NCBI GenBank assembly: GCA_000165425.1
Contig: CT868663.1
Coordinates: 124,001 to 188,000 of the forward strand
Reading direction: 5' to 3'
Length of the DNA: 64,000 bases
From: Paramecium tetraurelia
Taxonomy: Eukaryota
Below are positions 54,373 through 64,000 of this stretch, one piece after another. Within the stretch, counting starts at the first letter, position 1. The number at the start of each line of letters is the position of its first letter. The notes beneath the pieces were generated by a model that did not search any database, was not told where the DNA came from, and saw nothing but the letters and a program-made list of their open reading frames with translations. Position numbers and translations under genes: made by a program.

Positions 54373-57300
54373 TCATTATTGTTTCTTAATAATTAAATCT
54401 TATTAGAATTCTATGAATCTTAATCTATGTTCAGGTCTTTAATTAATTTTGTTGATTGTAATTCTTATATAAAATTTTATTAAATTATCATATTCTTTAC
54501 ATAACAATTTAACTAAGTTATCTGGAGTGTTGAATGGTAACCTCGTAATCCTTTTAAAGTACTTTTTTCTCAGAGTTATCAGTAATTTGGATAACTATTG
54601 ATTGTTATAATAAGCCGCAACTGCACAATATAAAAAATGAGGCTCAATTTATGCCTAATAGAACGCTAGTCTTGGTTAGAAATTCATTTTAGAGGACAAT
54701 TGCAGTAAATTTAGGTTTATGAAATTTATTTTGAGATCCAATTATTTGATATGCATCATGATATTTCCTTTGTTATTGATTTGAGTTCCCAAATATTCAT
54801 ATAAATAGAGTATTGGAAATCCTTCGCACTGCTCTTCTTAATTAATAAATTTTATGGGCATGATTCCACTTTTCTTTTTATTGATAACTAAGTTCCATCT
54901 GACAGCGAGAATGCTGATTTATTAGATAAGATGACTGAAATTTCTATACTCAGTCTCTAGAACTAAGTAATCAGCGTATCCCAAAAATCTGACTTTATAA
55001 GAAATTCGGTTGAAAAGGTCTTTAAAATATTCATCAAGGTTAATGTTAAATAAGGCAGAGGAGATCCTTAGGGTACTCCATTTGAATAATAAAAAATTTT
55101 CTCTAATTTTATACGGATTAATACATAGCATTCTGCTATGCAAGGCTTTTAAAAAGTCTATTTCATTTTGTTTCAAAATATTTTGTTTTTTAATATTCCA
55201 TGCAGTTTTGATCTGCAGATTGTATTATAGGCACTTGAGAAATCAATGAAGATTAATATCCTATTATCCTTGCCTTGGATGTTTTTGATCTAGTTAAGTA
55301 TCTTAAATATAATTAATTAAGTTCCTAGTCCATTGATGAATCCTGTTTGAGGCTTTTATATATGATTATTGAGATAATCTTATAATTAAGGATGGAATCT
55401 TAAATCTAAAATTTGTATAAAGGGCTTAATATTACTAGGGGCCTAAATTAGTCATTTTAGGTATATTTGGATACATTTTATTTAGGGGCCGCAAACGCGC
55501 CCATCCTAATCTCTTGTTTATTTGGAAGGTATCTGGCCTCCATAAATCTTGTAGCAGTTCCCAAGAAGAATTTTTGATGAATTAATGTGTTAGCCCATCA
55601 TAAGAGATGGCTTTGTCACCAGCCATTAACCTTTGTAATTCTTAGGTATTTCCTTAACTTAGCTTTTCGAGATAAGGAATAGGAGTGGGTTCATATTTGT
55701 GTAATTTAGAATATTTGCCTAAACTTGAATACAATTTGTAAATATGTCATTCCCATAATGTAATTTGTTGTCATCATCTAAGTAACTGTTAAATATCCCT
55801 CCGTCTCTTTTTTGTTAATTCATAATGATAGCCCTTTTAAAAAGATTATAAAATTGATTTCTGTCGCCTTTTATAACAATTCTTTGCATTTCTCGGCCAT
55901 ATCTATACTTTGGCTTTATTTGATAGGTCTTATCCTTAATCTTTCTTTAGTAATTATTCTTTTATTCCACATATCCTTCAGATAAATTGCATAGAATTGT
56001 TTAAATGAGTTAACATGTTTTTTGTTTAATATTTAATTACAAGAATTTACAGCTTTTGATTTATCAATCTTAATTAGGTGTTGTGGTATTCTTTCTGTCA
56101 AGTTATAGTTCAGGGTGAGATCAACTATTATTATTGCATGGTCAGATTAATTATTTCAATGCACTTATACTTCATTTTTGTATTTTTTGAAAATTAAGAT
56201 GTGGTCTGTTTATGAGTAAACTTGCTTTCCCAAAATTACCCCTATGAAATGTGAATGTATTTTTAGTTATATCAGTCATATAAGGAATTTCAATCTTAAG
56301 AGTATTAAAGTCCCCACAGACTATTAGTAATTAGGAATGAATTAGTTAGTTTAATATTTATGTGATTTTATTCCAGAAAAATTGTTGATATTTCTTATAT
56401 TCATATTTACTATGAAAATATACATTTATAAGAATTAATTCTATATTAGATGATCTGATTTGCACTACTAACAAATCAGGTTAAGCTTGATGATTCATCT
56501 CTGAGTCAAAGTAATATTGGGTTATATTCTACTTTAAAATTATTTATGAATTCCTATGATTATTCTACCAGAATGGTGAGATCTTTTCTGATCAAATAAG
56601 TACTTATATTTTATTGAATCTTTCAATGCTTTGTTCCTTACTTCTTGTAAGCATATTAGGTGAGGTTTTTGTTATTAAATTTCCTAAAATGTATTTTTTT
56701 TAATAGAACTGATATTCCAACAGAGAATTTTGAGTTTTGTATCTTAATTTTTCTCAATAGGGTTTTTTAGACTTTAAGCCTCATTTTCTATTGAGCTTGA
56801 GGTTCTTGTGATATCTGTTATTTATAGGTGTTTTTCCTTAATGTTCGGAGCGGATATGGGCATAGTATGAAGGCCCTGAGGCATAGGGTCCAGAACCACA
56901 TTTTTCACACCAGATTTTGCTTTCATTCCCTAGCTCATTTTCTGAGCTGGATTTTTCTTCAATATCTTCTTGAAATTATTAGGAGTTCTTCTCTAGTACT
57001 TTTGTTATTTCATCTTTAATCGTCCACCTCAAAATTTTTTAACTAGAGTTAATTAACTCTGATTATTTAATTGAATTCGGGTAGATTTTAGTTTTTTATT
57101 TTATTGGAGTTACTATTAACATTTTATTTGATATTTTCTCTCTTGGAATTACTCTATTGTTCATCGCGCTTGGATTGGTTTTTTCTTTTTTTTAGAAAGT
57201 TAATAATTATTCCGTATGTGGTATATTGCAATAGTTTTATTGCCCTTACCATATGTTCTTTTTTATTTATTACTTCCGTTGAATAGAGATAATTTTAAGT

Positions 57301-57500
57301 TATAAATTTGGCATATGCCCACTTACTTTGTTATTTTCTATTTTTTAAGTAACCTTTTATTCTTGGTCTTGGTCTTCTGCTAATATGTTTATATGCTAAT
57401 GTAACTATTACTTAATTGCTATCAGTTCTAATCTTAATTCTTTGGCTATCAGTTCATATAAATTTTAATAGATATTTTCACCTGAAGTCGTATTTTGAAC
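54373..57500 (-). mobile_element. Degenerate non-LTR (LINE) retrotransposon: ORF1 with C2H2 finger plus APE-RT ORF2
   Basis: APE motifs KILCWNI (~56720), LICLQEV (~56645), INVY, VCGDFN (~56310), TDHIL, SDHA (~56140). RT motifs KAISYDG (~55600), QTGF, FIDFSSAYNTI (~55235), NGVPQGSP (~55070), LFNINLD, GYADY (YADD decayed, ~54970), YEYLG (~54795). Several frameshifts; ends approximate. Confidence 0.9.
56781..57500 (-). pseudogene. LINE ORF1 with C-terminal C-X2-C-X13-H-X4-H zinc finger
   Basis: ...ENELGNESKIWCEKCGSGPYASGPSYYAHIRSEHQGKTPINNRYHKNLKLNRK*. The upstream part needs at least one frameshift, and no start codon was identified. Confidence 0.7.
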
Positions 57501-57842
57501 ATTTTTTTAGTGTATGGTTATTATGAAGTAGTATATGAGTCAACAGACACTGAACTCTACATCAACAAAAACTTACAGGTTAATGAGGTTGTAATTCCAA
57601 CTGTGACTGATGAGAAATCAAATGTTGTGTTCTTTAAGGTTTTTTCTGATCCAAGGGAATAATTAAGAGGTTTTTGTCCTTATGGAATTAATCCATTAAT
57701 TAAACAGGTATGGCGAGGATATCATTCGACTATCGAATGATTTGCCGATAATGCTGCAGAGTCTTCGAATACCATGAAATTATTAAACACTCATGTGAAC
57801 AAGTATGAAAATTATTCATCCAAAAAGCCATTCCTAAGGGTT

Positions 57843-57992
57843 NNNNNNNNNNNNNNNNNNNNNNNNNNNNNNNNNNNNNNNNNNNNNNNNNNNNNNNNNN
57901 NNNNNNNNNNNNNNNNNNNNNNNNNNNNNNNNNNNNNNNNNNNNNNNNNNNNNNNNNNNNNNNNNNNNNNNNNNNNNNNNNNNNNNNNNNNN
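57843..57992. other. Assembly gap (150 N)
   Basis: Run of n characters in the sequence. Confidence 1.
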
Positions 57993-58666
57993 CACTGGGT
58001 ACTCCGGATAGAAATTTTACTAAAGGATCAAAGAGTATCTCTTGTTCGATTTTCCCTGCATATTTTAATATGATAAAAATAATTAAAAATTATAATAATA
58101 TATCATAACTTTTGAGTTTTATAAAGAAAACTATTTAATAATAATTCTGGATATAGTAATTTTTTTGATTCAATTAGTTTAATTTGGAGTGAAATCAAAA
58201 TTGTTTCTTGTACAAAAAAAAATCTTATTTAACAACTTTATTTAATTTATTTCAATTGCAACAATGGATAGAAAAGAGACAAAACATTGTAGTTTTTAAT
58301 AAACCCAATAAAGAATATTAAGACAATAATACAACTTTATTAAAGATTTTATTATTTTTATTAGTAATTACATACAAATCATCATTTAATCTCTCAAAAT
58401 AAAGCATAATTGATAAGAATTTAAAATCTAATAATCTTTTTACAATCTACATATAATTAAATTGTTAAAAAATCTAATTTTTCAATTTAATATAGATATG
58501 GTAAATTTGATTCAAATAAATATTTGGATTAAAATATTATTGATGATTATTAATAAATACAATTTGTTCATAATAAAGTTGAAGTTAATTTGGCTTACTT
58601 AAAAAAACGCAATAAAATTTAGATTGATTTAAATTATATTATTATGAAATGTGTTTAAAACCTCAA

Positions 58667-59650
58667 TGAATCAACAACATCCTCCTTATTTGGCTTATGG
58701 TTTTTGGCTCTATTTAGTTAATGTCACAGTTGTAGGGAAAAATCTAAAAAGAATGAATAAGAAAGTGATACATTTCTTCATCTTTTTCCTAACTTGCAGC
58801 AGCTTTTGCAATGTCTTGAAAAGCTTGTTCAATGTTTGTGGCATCTTTAGCTGATACTTCAAAGAATTATATGTTTCCATGAGATTTACACCATTATTAA
58901 GCTTTAGATTCCTAAACTTTTCTTTCTGAGGCTTTATCTAATTTATTTCCTAATACAACAAAAGGAAAATGTTCTGGATCTTTTGGTTAACCTTACATTA
59001 AAAATTCATCTCTCCATGAATCCAATGAATCAAATGATTTTGGATTTGTGATATCGTAAACTAATACGCAGCAATCAGCTCCTCTATAAAATGCACCACC
59101 TAATGATTGGAATCTCTCTTAACCTGCAGTGTCCCAAATCTAATAAAAATATGATAAATTCATGATACTTAAAGTGTAACCATACGATCATCAATCATAA
59201 CTTCTTTGGCCATAAAATCTGCTCCAACTGTAGCCCTGTATTATTAAGTGAACCTTGCATTGACATATTAATTCATCAAAGATGTTTTTCCGACTCTAAA
59301 AGTTATTTAGAATACAAAATTACCCTGAATCACCTAAGATGATGATTTTAAAAAGTTGCTTCTTCTTGCTAGCCATGTGGAATTAATATAATAATTTATT
59401 TATTTATATTAAAAATTTCTGATTTTTATTTTTAAATTCTTAAATATCGTATTTTATAAGAAACAAAATCTTAAAATAATTTATTATTCACTTCTTTACA
59501 GCCATAAAAAATATACAATTATACATTAAGTATTTTTAATCTAATTTTGAATGATTATAAGTTGATTCCTACATTTATTCGAATGAAACCTCAAATCCTT
59601 TTTATTTTATATAATGTTTTATATCTTCATAGCTTAATTCAATGCTTGTT
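58667..59650 (-). repeat. Right arm (source locus) of the Rab7 inverted duplication
   Basis: Reverse complement of 52631-53603; continues into the intact CARNMT1 gene. Confidence 0.95.
58671..59376 (-). CDS. RAB7: Rab7 small GTPase (canonical)
   Basis: [45 protein letters not shown]...[23 protein letters not shown]...DSWRDEF...GNKLD...GGCC*; three tiny introns. Confidence 0.98.
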
Positions 59651-60711
59651 TCTGAGAATTAATTAGCAAAATGATATTCCAATGGCCCAAAATTGATCCA
59701 AATTCCTTTCGGCTTTAAAATTTCATAGATAGTGTCTATATAATCTAATATATTATTTGCTGTGTCAATGAAGAAACAAGTAATAATGCTATCCCAAAAA
59801 TTAAAGTATTTTTCTTGATGATATACTGTAATAAATTCCCCAGCTACAAATGACATTTGGTCATTTTCAGTTAAAACTTCTGCAGGAACGATGTCAGGTA
59901 TTTATACTAATTCAAATTAGTCGTTTTCACTAAAGTTAATTAATAAATTTACCTGAGTCGATTGCAAAAGTTATTGGCAAAAGGATATAATTCATATTAG
60001 TTTTTCTTTTATGTGAGATTGATAATAAAATGAGAACTCAAAAGCATAAAATAAGAGAATTCATTTCCTTATGCTGCGAAGCCTCGACTTGCCAATTCAA
60101 ATACGAGCCTTCCTAATCCTGCTCCAGGTAAAAGTACCTAATATTTTTTATCTTTAGTTTTTGCATCTGGATAATATTATTATAAGCAATCAATAATAGG
60201 TTTATAAGATTAATCTCTTTCTGCTTATCCTTGAATGCTCCAATCTTGATTAAATTTATATAATTATACCTCGATAAAATTATTTTAAGGTTATTCTTAG
60301 TTTTGAAATATCACCATGCTGGGCATGAGGAAAATATGGTAGATCTGATACAAATTTCACTTGACTTAAATCCATCTCTGGAAACATATCAACATAAGCT
60401 GCTACTATCAAGAAACAAAAATTGGCATTTTTCTTTATGCAGTAATCCAATTTTTTTATTCTTTCTTAATAATTCATTAATAAGTTATTTCTTTAATCAG
60501 GGTTGAGTGTTTCAAAATGAGTCTTAATTCTTTAAAGCTCTACTTTCATATCATTCATATAGTTATAAAAGCATGCAATCACATTTTTAAAATGTTAATA
60601 TTCATGGATGTCCTTTTCTAATAATTCATTATTAGAGGGATGATAGCTTGCACATTCTTTATCAAAATATAATGCGTCCATCTCTTTTATTTCAATTTCA
60701 ATTTAATCCAT
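59488..60711 (-). CDS. CARNMT1: Carnosine N-methyltransferase / N2227-like protein
   Basis: [93 protein letters not shown]. Confidence 0.93.
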
Positions 60712-60910
60712 TAAAATAATTTGTTAAATAATAAAAAACAAATTAACTTGCTTAGTTTATTCCATCATCCACCAAATAAGAATCTAACTCCAGAAGTATA
60801 ATGTTAGAATTAAGTTGTATAATTTTAAATAAATTTCTAAAACATAAATATTGAAAATAATACTTAATGTTAAAAAAATAAAACTAGATAGATATAGAGT
60901 TAACTTGGAG

Positions 60911-61830
60911 ATGATGTCATAATTATTTTGCCATTATGTGAAAAAACTGCTCATTCTTATTACTAGTTAGAAAGATAAAAAGAAGATACTAAGAATAGTC
61001 AAAAAATAGGAGTAAATAGCTAAAATCATATAAAATGTTCCACAAAACCAAAAATTTATATAATTTATCAAGAAATCAAGCCTTCTAAATTTTTGGAAAG
61101 CCAATTCTACCACCAAAAAATTCGGAATCCTATTAGAAAATAAAAAAATGTAAAATTTCATAATTTAGAGAGAGGATCTTCAAATTGTTAAAAGACTTTA
61201 GTTTATGAAAATATGAAAAATAGAACCAAAAAGAGCTGCATTTTGCTTTACTCTTAGCAAATCGAGAAACAGCTAGATAAATATTTAATATTTCTAAAAG
61301 TGTGATTATAAAATATAATAAATCAAAGCATGAAGTACAAATGAAAATATGAAGGTTGTATTTATTACATAATTAAATTATGAAATGTTAGAAGTGAAAT
61401 GTTATTAGATTACTAAAATTTAGTAATGTGCTTTTTAAGAAGGAGAATAATTATATAGTCTTATTATTCAATGTAAATCTATCAAGTTTATAGAGCAGAA
61501 CAAATTTTGCATAAAAAGTTTACATAATGAAAATCCAAGATAATTTTAAAATTATATGCAGCATAATAGATCAGATTTCGAAAAGAAACTATTCTCCTCC
61601 TGTAATATTCTTTAGAAAGAGAAATTGCAACATGGATCGAAAAACATGAAATTAAATAAAAAGACAATGAATTTAGCCAAGAAATGATTAAGTTTTATAA
61701 ATACTCTTCTAAAGTCGATAAAATCTAATCAGATCAAATTTAGCAGGAAATAATAATCTATGTTGACAACAATATTATACAAATTCCTTTTGCAAAGTAG
61801 GTATTAACTCTATTGATTAGTTAACTAATC
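60911..61830 (+). pseudogene. Decayed gene relic
   Basis: Coding-like stretches in shifting frames interrupted by TGA; no continuous ORF recovered. Confidence 0.3.
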
Positions 61831-62273
61831 TTTAATATAATTAGATTTATCTATCCATTAATTTAAAAAGTTTTATAATTTTCCATAGTTTGATTTATCC
61901 AGTTTTTAATAAGATCTTACTTATTTTGGCAATGTAAATTTAGATTGAAAAATACTTATTATAAAAAAAAAATTAATCATTTATTTTCAATATATATAAT
62001 GGAAAATTAGGAATGAAATTTAGTATTATATTTATTCTTAGATTGATTATATTAAACTTGAACTTCATTTTGAAGACATTATGGAGACAAGAGAAATTCC
62101 ATATCGTTTTCGCAATAGGTATTTAATTTATCAGATATTATTTGAAATAGAATTTAAAGAATTAGAAAATTCTTACAATTGTTAATTCTAAACATTATTG
62201 AAAATTGATAATTTTTAGCAAGTCCTTTTAATTATTTTTATTATTAAAAATATCATATATTTTAATTAATCTG

Positions 62274-63065
62274 ATGGGTTGTCTCTTATAAACGATGAAA
62301 TAAAGAAATTATTAGGTTGTTCATGGATATAAAGATGGTTAGCAAGAATAAAATGCCAAAAATGTTGACAGTTAATAAATAATTGAATAAGTTGTACATC
62401 TCGAAGTACCATTGATACAAGAGGATATCTCAGATTTGTTAACTGATAGTTCTCTTGACAATTAAGAAATTTAACTAATTGATGAATCTATCAGATTAAG
62501 AAAAATTAAACTAATGAAAATAAAAGATCCTGAAAAATTCAAAAGACGTAATTCATTACCAAATCCAAATAAAATTGACACAGAATAAAAAAAAATAAGA
62601 AGAACCTTTTCATAGGATTAGATAGTAAATAGTAGTATTTCTATTAATAATTTGTATTATTAAAAATTCCTAAGTTAATATAAAGCATATGATTAACCTT
62701 AAGATGAATAGAAACATTATCTTCCTTAAAATATAGAGCAAACTGATTTAGAAATTAGCGAAGAAAATTTTTCTTAAGAGAATTCTTTCTCGTCTATGAA
62801 ATAATTAGTTTCCTTATGCAAATATTGTACAAAAGAAATTTAGGAAGATGAATACTAACTTGAATGTTTTCATTGTTATCATGCAAAATGTTTAGAAGAA
62901 TTAATACTAAATAAAATTGAAGAAGACTAATCTTTAATTAGTTGTATATGCCATTAATCAATCAAGACAAAACTAATAAAATAAATTCTATGTATAAATA
63001 ATGAAGTAAAATACTTAAAGTTGTTAGAAAATTAAATCACAGTTTTGAATTCAACATTATAATGA
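62274..63065 (+). CDS. RING-H2-like zinc-finger protein with MGC N-terminus
   Basis: Uninterrupted ORF starting MGCLLQTMK and containing CKYC...LECFHCYHAKC...SCIC; TGA 63063-63065. Confidence 0.75.
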
Positions 63066-63080
63066 ATTTAAATTTGTTTA

Positions 63081-64000
63081 TCATTTATTTTCACAAACAC
63101 TAATCCACCCTTTTCTAGGTTGATCTTTTTATGCAAAAATCTCCATCAATTAAGATTTTGGGAGCAAAGTTTCAATTGTCTAATAAATATATTCTTTCGT
63201 TTTTAAACATGATTTTCCATTGTTCACAATGTCAAATAATACATCAGGAGTTCTTTAATGTCTTAATTCTAGTTGGGACTTTTATTCATCAAATTTCCTA
63301 AACATTATCAACACTTATTTTGATTGATTTAAAACTTTTGAAGGACGATGCAAGATCAAATCTTTAACCTAAACCTTTTATTATAGAAAATCTAAGTTAT
63401 CTAAGACAGCATCTTCAGTCTGTTCTATTTTCATATGTTTATTCAACTCTTCTAAAGCTTACTCTAGGCTCAACTGTACTACAACCAGATTTTCTATATA
63501 AGTAAATCCTTTATTTTCCATAGTTTCAAGAATTTCATTTATAAGGCTTTTATCAGACCATATAAATAAAATTCCATTGGATATTAACTTTTTGGATATA
63601 TCTAAATTTTTCTATATATATTAAGAGAGATTACTAAATCTTTTTTGAAAAGATTATCAATGAAAATTCCTTAAACTCCTTTTGCATATTGGGATAGATC
63701 TGTCCCTAAAATCTTTTTGAGAACAACAATCCTTATGTTAGAATATATTGTTTACTTTTTTTGGTCTGTTTCATAAGATTGACAATTAATTGATCCTTTC
63801 CATTATAACAACACTTCTAAATTGTCACAAGTTCTAATTAACTATAACAATTTACACTTTATCCTCTTTGGATTTTGTTTTGTATTTCCTAATCTTCTTA
63901 AATGCTTTGTATGAGTCTTATTCATCCATATATTCTGAATCATCTTCTGTAATATCATAGCCTTAGTTCAGCTTAAAATAATTTATTCGCTTATTTTCTG
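63081..64000 (-). CDS. MTA9: MT-A70 family protein, MTA9-like non-catalytic subunit of the ciliate 6mA DNA methyltransferase; 5' end outside the window
   Basis: GILFIWSDK...KGFTYIENLVVV...SKQVLIMFRK...LELRHQRTPDV...YIYQTIETLLP...LMEIFA...PRKGWISV. The DPPW position appears to be occupied by IDNLF. Confidence 0.75.

Noticed and set aside
56165..56185. Second AAA-TGA inside LINE ORF2 as a programmed frameshift
   Set aside because: The conserved SQTDHIL motif is already in the +1 frame upstream of this stop, so the lesion is an ordinary indel. It shows that AAA-TGA can arise by chance.
57830..57842. taagggtt next to the gap as a telomeric repeat
   Set aside because: It is a single partial unit, not a G3-4T2-3 array.

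Overview
AT-rich ciliate genomic DNA, very likely Paramecium. TAA/TAG encode Gln and only TGA stops (ubiquitin begins ATG TAA ATT TTT GTT AAA = MQIFVK; Rab7 DTAGQ uses TAA). Genes are densely packed and split by 20-32 nt GT..AG introns. The supplied ORF track uses the standard code and is therefore mostly fragments or antisense noise; all genes below were re-translated by hand with code 6, so some boundaries are approximate. About 30 genes are present: a CNBD K+ channel, a CCDC81/HU-like multi-EF-hand protein, a MAPK, a CDPK, kinases/pseudokinases, RPL18a, an LRR protein, a two-repeat cation channel, a kinesin, a TIS11-like CCCH protein, a centrin, a hybrid histidine kinase, PSMA4, UBA52, a Myb protein, Rab7, CARNMT1, a RING protein and an MTA9-like MT-A70 subunit, plus several decayed gene relics. 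The standout region is 51.9-59.7 kb. A ~970 bp inverted duplication of Rab7 (one canonical copy; one intact copy with 16 amino-acid changes concentrated in the P-loop/switch I/interswitch region) flanks a degenerate APE-RT LINE retrotransposon and an assembly gap. The LINE ORF1 ends in a C2H2 zinc finger and an AAA-TGA stop, with ORF2 continuing in the +1 frame. I saw no IES interrupting the genes I read, so the flanks look macronuclear.
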